From assembly GCF_964204645.1 (NCBI RefSeq), contig NC_134026.1, positions 25,020,150 to 25,084,149 of the forward strand: 64,000 nucleotides of DNA. The letters are read 5' to 3'. This stretch comes from Tubulanus polymorphus. Taxonomy: Eukaryota > Animalia > Nemertea. Below the pieces are notes generated by a model. The model made no database searches. It had not been told where the DNA came from and saw only the letters and a program-made list of their open reading frames with translations. This document shows, piece after piece, positions 15,134 through 29,700 of this stretch. A program made the translations under genes and the position numbers. Numbering within the stretch: the stretch's first letter is position 1; each line of letters opens with the position of its first letter.

Positions 15134-18100
15134 TCACCCATCGTCTTTAGCTATTTTTGCAATCTTAGTCTGGTTTTTCATCCTATAAATCATATTTTCC
15201 GTGTAATCAGTTATATGGAGCTCAGTGGATACTTTGTGTGGAAATTCTAAATTTTTCCCTTAGCGTTAGTAAAGGGGTGATTAGTTTTAGGAAGCGGGAA
15301 TGTCTCGATTGCATTTTGTGGTTTCTTAAGTATCAACATTATCAAGGGAGAATTCCTTGAAAAAAAGATATTTGAGGACATATTATACCTTATTATCAAT
15401 AAAACTATGAAGACTATGACCAGCACCAAGCCCAACGCCGACATTACACCATAGAAGAGAATCTCCCATTTGTCATCAAGTATAGAGTAAACTTTCGTTC
15501 CTGAAAAATATGCATACAATATGTACATAGACAAGAGCAATATGAGAATTCTCTACACGAAAGGATTGATTTAAAAAAGAACATTTCAGCTGTCGCACAT
15601 GTCGCTTGAATAGGAACATCAAATCTAGTAATGCCGCTTTTTATTTTGCCTTAGCCTTTTAAACAGGTGGATAAAGCTGTAATACATGTATAATAATGAT
15701 TTGGCTTTATCGTGGAGTCTAGAATGAGATGACAAAATGAAATGCGATATGAAATGAAGTTGTTATTGATGTCGATACCCGATAAATTTCACTTACCGCT
15801 TGTTTTTATCGTAAGAAAAGTGAAAACTGAATCACCATTCTGTCAAACAAAAAAAGACATCAGATACTGATGAATACTGAGCAACAATATTATCGATAGG
15901 GAACTAGTTCAGGTCATCAACCTAGCAATGAATTTATTCTTAAAAATGTGACGTAAAGTATCGACATTAGTTTGATGTCTGCAGTGCTGCAGTGACAAGT
16001 GAATAGCTTATGTTGGAAATGCAAAACAAAACTAGTTGAATGAACGCGGAGCATTTGAAAAGTTCAATCTCGCAACATGGCTAATTTTACGTAGGATATT
16101 TTGAAAAATACTTACTTTGCTCACTACTCCAAAACCGAGATAATATTTTATTCCAGGTCGCAGTGGCTTGTTTAGAAACCTGCCGTATGTCTGAGCATCA
16201 CCGACAGTAAACATACGAGTAGTATTTCCGAACCACTCTGGTGATAGTTCGGCAATAATTTGCGCATTTTGGTAAGAGTTTCGCTTCAGTTCATTCCAGG
16301 TAATATTTGATCTGCCGCCAGAGTCTTCTTCTAGTTCCTCAAGTGTAATCGTGAAATGACTAAATCACAAGATAAGTTATTTCATTGATGAGCTACGATT
16401 CAATTGATACAATTCTATAGCGAATTCGGTTTTGTTATATCACGACACAACATGAATCAAGGAAGCGCAGGTCCAGGGCCATCGATTGGTGGTCACAACA
16501 TAATCATAATAATTAAGGAAGATGCCTGCATTGCAGAATATCAATGCAAGTTACCGGTATCTTCGTAATGATACTTCTGTGGGCCTACAACCGTACTCAT
16601 TGAAATACAATACACATTTCTAAAAAAAATCTCGTCTCTATTTCGGGCTGACACAAAATTGCATCGGGTTACTACTTCATGGGCAAATACAACAAAAAGA
16701 ACACGACGTCTTCAGTATTACAAGAATGATGGATTTAAGTGTTCTCTAATATTTGTTCGCAAAAAACTTGCGTTCTTACCTCACAGGCGTTCCGTACGAT
16801 TGTTCGATTATTGATAGGTTTACATGGACAAATGTTGAGTTTGCCTGCAGCAGAACCGGTTGGGGAGGGGTTTCAAGTTCTGAAATATTACCAAATTAAG
16901 ACCATGAGGCACGGTTAACGGGTTGAGCCTTTTGCAGATTTTCAATTTGGGACTGCAGTACATACGCTACAGGATTCCAAGATGTAACTCACCAGCAAAT
17001 CGGGTCCAGTTTTCCTTCTCAACCGCAGTACTCATTCCTTTTTTATCGACGGATCTCACAGTTATTCTGTATAATGTTCCTGGGTGAAGCTTTGTGAAAG
17101 TATGCGTCAAATTATGCTCAAGGATCTCGATCTTTCCATTTGAGATCTCGTAATGACTGTCATAACTGCGCAATGCTTTTAGGAATAGCTGTAATGTACT
17201 TCACAGAATACAGACGTTGCCATGTATTACATATTAGCTGGATGTATTACATTGATATGTATGATTTTTTTTGGTGAAGAAACGAAGAATTTTGTCTGAA
17301 TAAAAATGAAAATTGCGATTTGCAACAAAGTTAAGGGCTGTCCTCATACCCGATATCCGATAATTGGTTCGTCAGTGACAGCAGGTGTTGTCCATTTCAA
17401 TGTCATCGAGGTATTTGTTATTTTCGTCACCAGTAATGATTCAGGAGCATCGGGAACTATATCGAGAAATAGATTTTTGGAAGCTCAGGGTCCGCTTTCT
17501 CGAAAAAGTGAAGCTCAGATTTTTGGTTCAATATTGCTATGGGCCTATTGGTTACATGTTTTCAATGAGGACACTATTTCAAAACAACCGTTTTAAGCTT
17601 AAACATTTTCATGAAGCTGGATCCAGGCCCTTGTATATTTTATTGTTATACATAAATGACAAAGTCTGTATTTCTGTAAAAGTGTCCATCAGAAAAACAC
17701 GTTTCCTATGTATTGGAACACCTAAACCTGTAACAGTTTTACAACTCTCATCGGAACTGTCTCAGATACATTCTTCGACGAAAAAAGACAAATACCCTCG
17801 TCTACCTGGACTTCTAATTTTACTATCATCTCATTACGATTTTCAAATAAAAGGTTTGAATATATATGAAATCTTACTCGCTTTTCTCGTTCTGTTGCAG
17901 GCATACTTGCTCCAATAACCGAATCCCTTACTCGTACTCGCGCGCACCTGCATAAAGACATCTGATTTTTCATAATCCACATTCAATTACAGGTGCAAGT
18001 TTAACGATTAACCCTGGAGTCGAATCATTCAATATAAAGCTATTTCAACTTCAGAATGAAATAAGATGAACAGACGAAGAACTGTAGAACTAGGTTCGAA

Positions 18101-21100
18101 CAGAGAATATTCGAAGAAAGCATTATTATCAATCAAAGAAATATGATTTTCTTAAAGATAGGTTTACCTCAATACAGTAATACGTATCCGGTTTGAGATC
18201 GGTGATAATTGTTGTACTGTTTTGGGATAGAGTGGAATGTCTTTGTGGTTGGCCACCTTTCGCCCACATGCGTATATTGTATTTGCCAAGTACACCAGAC
18301 TCCGGATACGGAGGACTCCATGAACATTTTAACGAAGTTTCATTTAGCGCTTCGGCGATAACGTTCGTTGGTGGCGGTGGAACTGAATAATAGAGAATAG
18401 AAAAGTTCTTTTTTTTCACTCGAATGACAAGAAAAATTCGTGTTGTCATTCGGTTAAACTAATTTTAAAAAGCTGGCTTCAGTAGTCTTTTTTATCAATG
18501 TTTTAACCGCTACAAAGACTCTTTTGATTTGATAAGCTTTCAGTGATTTTTTCATAATCGTTCGTAGGATTACCACTTACTACTTTCCAGTGTACGAAAA
18601 GAAATGATTTTGCTGTAGTTTCCTTTGAAGTGTTGATTGAGCACGCTTACTCTGAACATGTATTGTCTGTATGGTACGAGATTTGCTATATCGACGTAAT
18701 TGTTGAAAATATTTCCTTGCTTTACGACGCCATTTCTGTCCTTATCAAAGAGTATATAATGGTAACCAGAAAAATAACCATTATGAGTTTCGCAGGGTGG
18801 TGGCAGCCACTGTATCCGGGCGTTGGTCGCCTCGAGTCGGCTAAGTTTTACATTTGTAGGTATCCCGCGTGGAACTATAGAATAAAAAAACAGCAATTGA
18901 ACCAGATACAATCAAGATTTCAATTTTCCATTCCATACGATGCAAGGTCAAAGGGGTCATTTCCGAAATAGATAATATGATATTGAAATTAACAAGCGAT
19001 CGAAGTTATTCGTACTCGCTGTACTTCTCTCTATTTCTTGTAAGCGCAGAGGATTTTGAAGAACGAATTCTTTTGAGTATTTAATTGTTTCAATGCCTCG
19101 GTGAGCAGAAATAGAAGCCGTGCGCAGACGGACGATTTTTCTCAATGTTTTAACTTCTTATGTTTAACTATAAGAGCTCATTACGAGATAAATATATATT
19201 TTGACGGATGTTTTATGTCTACTTTTCCATAATTAATCATAAATTCTACAACTTCCACACAGCAATTGCAAAAATCTTTTCTAAATTTTCATCTTTAATC
19301 ACTCACCAGTTGGATCTGTCTGAAACACCAAACTCTGGTTTCGTTGATATCCAGATATCGTAACAGCTGTCACAGTTACATTGTAGCGGGAGTACGGATG
19401 CAAACTCTTGAGTCTTTTGTTCGTCGGATGTCGATCAACTGTCACAAATAGATTAGCTATCCTCTCTGTGACGAGTACGTTCGGTTTATCGCATCCTAGA
19501 TATTTTGTATGTGAGTATCTGACGATATACTGGACGGCGTCGCCATAGTAATATTCCCAGGAAACTTTAGCCGCCATTTCAACCGATGATTTTTCAATTC
19601 GTAATTTGAAATAGATATCTTGCTGCCCTGAACGTCATATGAAAAAAAAAAAACAATGATTGGTAATGATTTTCAAAAGAGAATATTAAACAAATCATTT
19701 CTGAAACTGTTGATGGAATAATAATTCCATGGAAAATGCATCGGCGTTTATTATGCTTTTGAACTTCATGAAATCGTATTGTGAATAGAAAATTCTCGCT
19801 TAGGTTTTTTAATGCAACTTTGGTCGGTCGGATTAAGTGGGAAATGAATCGTTATTCCTCGATTGTAGACCTGATCCCGAACTGCTGTTTATGTCGTGCG
19901 TGTGTGTTTGCTTTTTGCAATTTGTATCGCTGCAGGATTTAAAGCAAACATACGGAACAGATTTACTTCTCGTTTATACATTCTGTAAAACACTTGGAAC
20001 AAAGCAGGGGCCCGTGTATTACAGGTGTACTCTTCCCACCTGAAATAATGGATGGGTTATAGCAGAAATTAGGTTCATGACTAATTGTCCCTTGAAAATG
20101 GAAATATACGGTAAAGTCGGCCGTATACCTCGCCTCCCTCACTATATATTGGGTATGACGACATATTTATGCCACGACCGTTAAATCATCACAACTCATG
20201 ATCAATAATTTCTTCATCAACTTTTAACTACGTAGATTTCTACATGTTGATTCAAATGAATGTTACTAATCATCAATTTGATATTCGAGGTCACGTATCG
20301 TTTATCAAAAGCATAATACAGATACAAGTTATTTATATTTCGCATCCAGGCGGTCACCAGTTCACGAATAGTTTATTAATATATACATATACGCATGCGT
20401 AAAATGATAACTGCATTGTAAGTGGAGATGTACGCACGTTTCTTACTCATTAAAATGATGAATATTGCGTCAATTATACACCTGAGGCATTGTCCGGCTT
20501 GGTTAACACGATAATCTATCGTGTTTATATTTCCCTACGTGCACTGTTTGTAAACGCTTAACCACACCTGGTTTCAGAGTATTTAAGTGGCCGCTTGGTC
20601 TCGTGCGCCGGTTGAGTTTATAAGTTAACCAACTTTTGATGCTTTGTGAGTTATCCTAACGCCGATCTGGCCACTTCGCCTCAAATTGAATTATCAACAT
20701 CTCCTAACAGTTTATTGCTCACTGAATGAATCGTTTCAGACCTTGACGCAATCTAACATATACAAATTCTGAAAATTGGGTAAACCATGAACTCGTTTAA
20801 GAGACTGGGTGAATCTTTATGTATCATAGAATATATTTATGTGTTCGATTCACTTGGAGAATTATATTGAAAATGTTTCTTTTTTAACTTTTTTAATTCT
20901 ATTTATGAATTACACTGAAATTTTTTTCTTTTTCTCAATTGGTAGATTTGATTTCATCCGTCTTGATTTGGTCTCCCTTACAAACCCACCACACCTGCCG
21001 GGAGCAAAAAATTGGTTTGATTTTGGGCTCAGAAATCCAAGTCCAGATACAGGGTGATCGGTCAAATCTATGGAGATTTTTGGATTGCAAAGGTGTTACT

Positions 21101-21590
21101 CCCATCGGCGCTTAAACTCTTGGAAATTGCCATAGTTTTACAGGATACTGTCGTCCGTTTTATCCAACGCACTCATTGTATTGCGGAATGCTGACAATGC
21201 TAGTAAAGATCAACCCTAACCGTGGACAAGCGAACTGAATTTTCTACTGATTGCCAACAGATTGCCAACAACACGTAAAGAATACGGGACAGTTATTCAG
21301 ATCACGTTAAACCAACTCGACAATTGAACTAAAATGTAAATTATATTTACCGAGCTTGTTGTAAAACTGTATAGTTCAACGACATATTACCGATTTAAAC
21401 TTTCCCACCGTTAAGTTGGTAAGATACTCATAATAGCGCATGACATTCAAAGAAAAAACCTATTTGCCATTGAATCGATGGCATCGACCTTAAACTAATA
21501 ATAATTCTAACTAATAACGTTTGACGTACCTCTGATGTCGAGAAAACCATGCGATGCGTATAGAAGCAATGCTAAAAAAATTTTTTCCAT
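15134..21590 (-). CDS. Type I membrane protein with ~4 fibronectin type III repeats and a receptor-PTP-like juxtamembrane domain; short tail, no phosphatase domain
   Basis: Signal-peptide exon 21590-21530 (MEKIFLALLLYASHGFLDIRG). FN3 exons at ~19.3-19.6, 18.6-18.9, 18.2-18.4 plus 17.9, and 17.35-17.47 plus 17.0-17.2 kb (LHPYSRYNVTVTA, LVPYRQYMFRVSV, LKPDTYYCIEV, LHPGTLYRITV). Then FTVGDAQTYGRFLNKPLRPGIKYYLGF, a TM segment ILFYGVMSALGLVLVIVFIVLLII, and RMKNQTKIAKIAKDDG*. The exact C-terminus is less certain. Confidence 0.8.
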
Positions 21591-23758
21591 TTTTTGATGA
21601 TAGGTTTTGATTTGGTAGCCACTGTGTGATTGAAATGATTTTCAGAACGAAGTCTATAAAGCCGTTCCTATCTTAAGCAACTAGTCACGTGTTCTACAGC
21701 TTCCGACCACGTTCTTATCTCGTATATACAGATCCGTTCATTGGTGATGCTGAACTGAAGGCAACATCAAAACGTTGCGGTATTTCGCTGGACCGTTTAA
21801 AAGTTGATTTGACCACAAATTCAATCATTCATTATAAACTGTTTATAATCATTATTCATATTTTCCGGGTAAAACAATAAAATGTTGTTTCGAATACGTA
21901 CAAGGAAGTTAAATTGCTCAGCGGTCACCTCGGTTTGGTATCATTCTAAATTCAACCCAGTTTCAGAATAGCAGTAATTATTTTTTCAGCTTAGAAATGT
22001 TGTAACCAATACCGGAAGAATATCATCCTGATTGAAGTGCATACATTTCGTATAGTTTGTTAAGCGTAGTAAACGATAGAGGGAAGCTCGCTGATTTCCT
22101 CATAGGTTTAGGCAAATCATCAATCCTAAGATGTTGCAACTAGTTTAATAAGGACCAATATTTTAGTCGCTGCATTGGTGTACAGAACAAGCACAAAGAG
22201 ACATGATTTTCAAAACGATTTTCGCACCTTGGTACGAATTTTCGCAAAAAAACATAAAGAAAATTCATTCGCAGAAAAAAACATGAGAAGGACTCTGTTT
22301 GAGTTGTTTTTTTAATAGATCGCTTCCGTATTCGGTTTGGATATGTTTGAATATAATTGACCTACTAAAATTAAATGAAAAACTTCACACGCAAGTCAAC
22401 ACAATATTGTTGGAATATCATTATGTCAATAAACCTTACAGAAAACCTATTATCACCTGGTAAACTCCATATTTATGCTTGAATAAATACAGCTGCTGTC
22501 ATATCATAAATTCAATTACTACACGGCATAATTGAATTATGAAAGGCAGTCCTAATTTTAGAATTTTCATTCATATCGGAGAGGACTTTATGACATAATA
22601 GTACATGTCGCAAAACCTCCTGGGGCAATCTTTGTGAAACTCTGCTTCGGATGTTGAAAAGGAGACCATGGACTCTAAAACTTATATAGTCCATACTATG
22701 AAAATATTCAACGTCCTTCTGATAAATTGCATTTGATATCTGCTGCGTTACTTAGTATCTTAATATGTGCTAAGCTTTGTTGTAATTGTGAATTGGTATG
22801 GCAAGTTGAATTCAACATAGAAGCTAATATAATTATAGATTACGTTGTGTCACAGCGAATTATTCTAGGTCCAGGTCCATACCAGGTCCATACTAAGCGC
22901 GTTATTCCTGTTATTGATGAGGTGCACTCCCTGCTGATGAGGTATAACTGTGCGTAGACTAATTGCATGTATATCTATATAAACCGATAATTCATGTCAT
23001 GTTGGGTCATGGGTGGTACTAGTAAATAATTCTTAGGATGTTCCTAAAAAGTTTCATTTGAGAATGATTCTTAAATTACTAGTCAGTTCCCGAATGGAGT
23101 TTTGATTTGTTGATAATTGATGTAGTCCTGACCTTTGGTCTTTAGTTGTATATTTATTGTCGTGAAGATTTAATTTGACCGAAGGTCAGTATTCCGATGA
23201 CATTTCATCGACCTCGTGAGGTATTGAGTTCATTGACGTAATACTGCTGCTGTTTACTGTACGCGGCTTATAGTACACGTTACATAAAGCGAACTGCAAG
23301 GAATCTCAAGTAGTTATATATATATAACATTTTATATAACAAAATGTTAAAATACGAGACATCAGGAAGCCACGATTGAAACACAACCGAAGAGAACCTG
23401 TTCGACAGCGGTCCACCCAGGCCCACAAAGAGACCGATGCGTTGTTGCGGCAATACAACATCGTGATAAAGGTGTGAATGGCAGCGATGTGCTTCTCTCG
23501 GGTCGGCGGACAGCTTCCTTATCAAGTGATGAATGGCTGGACTGTAGACTATTTGACCGTCATAGATTATGAATAAAGATTTAATATGATTCGATATACG
23601 TATAAATCGTTATCTCGCACGTTTCTACGCGTGTATCGGGTCCGTACGTAATTTATGTGCGACAACTTGCGATTGAATAACGCTTCATATGATGTCGCAC
23701 CACACACCACCTGGACTATCTGAGTGAAATCAACTATGTTAGATCTAGTGGATCTAAC

Positions 23759-26700
23759 ATGCTTCGAACGGTGTTCGGAAAAATATTCATCATCTGGCAC
23801 TTTATCGGGTTTTCAGATATATTTAACTCTCGCGTGACGGCAAAATTTCAATGTGGCGATACTATTAGTTTCGCATCTAATGGCTTTATACAAAGTCCGA
23901 ACTTTCCGGCGGCTTTTCCAGTGCCGATCCGGTGCCGATGGCTGCTACAAGCGCCTCCAGGAAAACGAGTGGTACTATATTTTACCCAGTTCTATCTCAG
24001 ATTTGGATTTAGAGTGAGCGAATACGATTCATACGAAGTAGAAAACGGCAAGACGTTCCATAGAGGTAAACGCGACCTCGGAACGATTAACTTCGAGAAC
24101 AAGATAACCTCGTTAATGGCGCTTAAACCTTTCGTGTTGATACAGTTCGAATTAGAAGAAATCACTGGAAATACACATCTACGAGTTGAGGAATATATGA
24201 ACGATGTTTACGGTTTTAATATCACGTATGAAACGTCAAACGAAAACGATAAGATGCGTTCAGATGCTTGTAGCGTATATAAATGTTCGTATTTAGGCAA
24301 TTGTCACGCGGCTAAGGGGTTTAAAAACTATTACTGCGATTGTTTCCCCGGGTTTTACGGTGACAGTTGTCAATACGGCCCTGCTTGTAGTCCCCACACC
24401 GGACTGAACAGGTGTGAAAACGGTGGCTCTTGTCGGTAAGTAGTACTATATGTATATATGCGTATTCTAATAAGAAGCAAAATTGTGCAAAAAATTGTGT
24501 AATCTAGCAAAATTTGTTCTTATTTTTTCCATAATACTTTATTGTTTACTTATTTATGAATATTTGAACTTAGGCATATCACATATATGAGATATACACG
24601 TTTGCCTCAAATGGTGAATATGATTCGTATCATTACGATTGAATTTCGCCTTTGCTTTACATGATTTCCATTAAATTGAATTTCTTAGTTCAAGAGTTCT
24701 TAATCTGTCCTTACTTTCACCTTTCGGCGAATATCGTCTGACCAACCAACAACAACAGTTACTGGTCAATAATGTCGGTAAATTCGATAAGCGCAAATAC
24801 ACGTATATATGCTATGATTGAATTCTAGCTCTGATACACGTATGGGAGCTTTTCGGATTGCCCGGGGAATTTGTAAAGGGGACATATTGGCATTGTGAAT
24901 CCCTTTCATTAGAAATGGATCTCGGATGTAGCACCGAGACGGGAGATGGTGGAAAATTGACGGTTATTTCGGCTAGTGTTACCGAAAAATTAGTTCAGCC
25001 ACTTTGGCTTTCTCGTATAGACTTTCGATGAGAAAAATTCGAGGCAAAGATCAACAAAATGTATAGTCGCACAGTAGGCTTATCTCGTAAAAATGAATTT
25101 TCTGACGAATGATTAGAAACAGTTGTCAGGATGAAAAGAAATCAATTCATTAAACCTGCATACATTTCTGTTGTATTGTATCCATCAGCTTTCTCATTAC
25201 GATACGAGGTTCGGATAAATCGATTTTATGTAAGTGGTATATTATGTTTGCTAAGCAAGTTTCACTGAATTATGAGCAATCCTTGTGTCCCCATAAAGAA
25301 TTCACTGCGTATTTTAAGTTTCAAGCGATAGGTCATCTGAAGATATGCTATTATTGTTTCCTACTTTTCACTTGGCAGGTATTTTTTGGGTTCACTTTAT
25401 AATAAGTGCGACTGTCCCCCGGGTTTTAATGGACCCCAGTGTGAAATAAAAGACGAGGAACACCTTCCAAAAGGTATACTCCAGTAATTCATTAGTCATC
25501 AAATGTAATCATGTATACTTGTTTGGTTTTGTTTTTGATAATGATATTTCTAAAATGCGCATTATTTTTCTAAGCTTGTAAAAAGCTGCGCTGTTCACAG
25601 AGCTGTAAGAGGGACGACGGCACCAGCAAAAATTACAGTTGCTCGTGTTTTGAGAATTTCCAGTTAGATTCAGATAATAAGACTTGTATAGAGCGAGGTA
25701 AGTCTTATCCGTTTGGATTACGAATTTTGACAAGTCTTCTATGACATAACCAGGCAAGAATGGAATTGTCTATTAAAACGTGTAATACGATAGTAATTAG
25801 TGTGACAGCGTTCTGGGAACATCACTCAGATACTCAGTTTTAACCAATATTTGTGGATTCTGAAAGCGATCGTTAGTGACGGGGAATCTTTTCAAATGGA
25901 CCAGAATCTATTGTATTTCTAGTTTGAATAAATGTCTGCAACGCTTGACATTCGTTCAAAAGTCATAAAATGTACAGAAAATATAATCTTATATGCCCCA
26001 CGTAGGAATATTTGTTTGTCCAGGGAGCTGCTCTGTGTAGGGTTACTGGCTCCTATTCAGTGCAGTGCATGTCGTTGTCCTTTTGGTGGATAATGCTGTT
26101 TTCGTGACGAAAATGACAGAAAAGAACGTTCCAACTTTTTTCTTTTGGCATTATATTTAGGTCGACTGCGTTACATGGTTTGGTTCACAACATCCAGTGC
26201 TCGAATCAGACGACTTGCTATTCGAAATGACACGACGTTGCGTATGTTTGTGAGATCCCTTGAGCGTCAGGTATATACATAATTAATGTAACTTGGATGC
26301 GAAACATTTAGATGTTTTCTGCGCTTTCTGTCAACATTATCCTCACGTATATAATATATACATATCTAGTGATAAACGAATATCTTTTTATAGATGCAGA
26401 TTGCTCTTGCAACGGAATTAAATAACATCGAAGACCCCGCCGTAATTAACACGAAGTATGTAATCATTGTCGATTATTTGAACATTTTCTATCCTAGTAT
26501 GGGCTTGCGGGGTTTGTCTGCCGTTAATCATCTTCAGCAATCATGGCAATCGCACTATTCACACAGTAGATCGATATTTTCGTTTTAATCGTAGGATCGT
26601 CAAGGAAGGCACTAGATTTGAATTCCATTTTATCGGCGAGAAAATAGACGTTAAAAAGTTCGAGGCATTTGTAAAACGTATGGTCGATGTTGGAAAAGTC

Positions 26701-29700
26701 CCCGGAGGAAGGAGGATACCAGTAACAAGAAATTATACCATCAAATACGACCAAGGTGATTGATTCCCCTGACTTTGTAGCAGCATTTAACGCTTTTAAG
26801 AATGAAGCGCACAAAACGGTTCAATTTTTTCTACGAAATAGAAATATCAAGATAAGATAGATGAATAAGCCAGTAGATTAATGGTCAATGAATATTAATT
26901 TTTTTTCATAGCTCTAAATCTATTGAGCCTGGAGAACTATGATAAAACGTCAATATCGGAAGGAAATTTACTGACGTTAGTATGTGTTAGCCGAGGCAGC
27001 AGTAAGATCAAATTTCATTGGTATAAGGATGGTGCGCCTGTTAACGTGGTCATGTCGACTAGAAATATTTGGGAAACGAGACTACCAAAAACTATGGACG
27101 ACAAATATATTGCTATTCTGAACATCGATAAAGTGACTCCGTTAGATCGTGGTAAATATCATATTCATTGTGACATTGGTTCAATTTGAATAATGAATAG
27201 CCGCGAAAAGTGGTTCATCTTCCATACAAAATTTCATTGAGCGTCGAAAAATGTTAATAAATTTCCAAATGATGAATATGATTCTCGCCGATATTCTAGT
27301 GATTAGAAAAAATATTTTCCTTTTCTAATCAAGCAATCCTAAACAAATACAAGAATTCGTGAATTTCAGGAAGATATAGCTGTATAGCAACAGATTACAA
27401 ACAGAAAGAATCAAAACAAATCCACGTTGATGTGATACCTATTCCACATATAGAAGTGGCTCCGATTACTGTAACTGCTATGGCTGGCCAGTCCGTGGCT
27501 ATATCGTGTATATCACATGACGATACTTCCGGAAATTTTGAATTTATCTGGGAACGCGAAGGGAAACATATCATGATTAACCCAGTGAACGATGAAGTTG
27601 TCGAGAAACTGTTGCCGACAGGAAGCCGACTAAAAATCAGACGAGCCACGGTGTCAACGTATTACAACTGCAGGATAAAAAATGGCGCTGGAGAATCATC
27701 GGCAGTTGCGTACATTGATGTGGTTAATGGTGAGTAGCCGAGAAAGTAGTCATCGTAAAAGCTTTGAGCAGATAATATATAGTCTTTGAACCTATATCAT
27801 AAGAAATAAGAAGCAAAATTGAATTGAAACATTTATGATGTATTCTTTCGAAAGAGAATACATCTTTTTCGCATTTCTCTTTCAAAATTAAAGAATATGA
27901 AGAAAAATTGTGCTGTCCATCGGATACAGTTGGCGGCAGAGGTTGGGCAAAAACTGCCCCAGGCAAATTGGCTATCATAGAATGCCCCAAAGGAGCAACA
28001 GGTAACGGTATAGGGAAGATGATATATTTATTTTGATTTACATGACAATTCTCTAGCGGGTACATGATTGATCTGGCTTCAGAAATTATGTCATTGTGAA
28101 GAGTGCTTGCTTGCTTTCATATTCTGCAATTCATGTATAATTCATGTACACTATTTTGCTTTACTTACTATTTCTATACCGAAGTAGCATTCTAAAAAAG
28201 TTATCGTCTTAAGATATATATTTAGCTAGTTATGATGAATAAATGATCTTGGTGACCGATGGCTGATATATACGTGTAACTTAATTCTATTGCAGGTCGT
28301 GTCACACGAAAATGTTTATGTGTTAACAATTCAACTTCGTGTTCGTGGGATAAACCAGATATGTCAAATTGCGTGTCCAATAGTTTGTCGACCGTAGAAA
28401 GAGAGGTACCGTTAATAAGTTGAGGTTTTCGCCGATTTTGAAACTATTCATTGAGGAAATAGCAAAATACAAAAACTTTTTCCATTATCAATCCATGACA
28501 AGAAATAGTATTCCGTTTAATAACAAATGGAATTTTATACTTGATTCATATAGTTTCGCGCTGTAACACACGGCTATATTCTTTCTGCGATGGATAATAT
28601 TGTAGCCCAACTGAATGATTTTACCTCACTTGACGTCGTTTATACGGGAGATCTGAAATTGGTTACGAGACTTCTACTAGATATTGATCTGTACACTAGC
28701 CAGTATTTGTCTCATCGGCAAAGTAGTAAAATGCGAAAGGTATCAATGGAGATGACCTTAATTTATGATCTATGGTCAATTTAGAATATTACTGTTCACC
28801 ATTTGAATAATTTACTCCATTTGCAACCTTGAAAATATAATATTTTGGAGGATATTTCAGACATATTAATCATGTTAGCTGCGAACCACTCCTTTTTATG
28901 GATCATACGCTGTTTGCGCGCTACATTTTCACAATGACAAATTTATTTCAGGCTTCCGTAAAAGTAGTGAGTCAAGTGTTGTCCTTTGTGGGAACTGTCA
29001 CTGAGACAGAACGTAAGAAATCCGAGATAGGTGATAACATCTTGAAGTTGATTTCTCGCATTGGTAAACGTATGATCGACGATTCTACTCTCCAAGTTCC
29101 ATATGAAATTAAATCTCTGAATGTAGGTAAGCACGGTTTGCTTTTGAGAGTGTTAAATTGGCATGCACTCACGAAGAAATTTGCAAAATATTTCAGAAAC
29201 TTGCAAAAAAGCGTCCATGAATATGCGTAATATATTTCTTCGAATATTCAATATCAACGCGGACAACGAATGTATATCAATATCACGCATATGGATATTG
29301 AATCCTCACGCTTCAATAATGGCTCTTGTGCAAAATGTGCTTTACGTGCACTCATGTATACATAAATAGATATACATATACATATACATATACATGTATT
29401 ATGAAATACAATTCAGCTCTAATTACAAAGGAAAATATTCGTATCAAACTCCTGTCGGTTTCCACCAGTTTATCCTTTTCTGTATTCAGATATGCTTCTT
29501 AGTAGCAACTCAAGGGTGGATGACTGGAATTCGAAAATACAGAGCAATGTTCGCGGCGCCCGAAGTGGTAGGTTTCTTTAAAGCGTAGAATATCACGAAA
29601 TCACACTCGGCTTCATTAACCTTAACGAAATTCAATAACTTTGAATGTTGAAAATATATTCAATTTTCTGTAGTAAATTCGGATGTTAAGTCGAGCTCAG

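Noticed and set aside
17385-17918. 177-aa + strand ORF and similar antisense ORFs (18630-18971, 10561-11031, 53811-54092)
   Set aside because: These are shadow frames opposite real exons and have no motifs of their own.
26692-26705. RNase MRP-like GAAAAGTCCCCGG
   Set aside because: It lies in a coding exon of the adhesion GPCR (VGKVPG) and has no matching partner strand.
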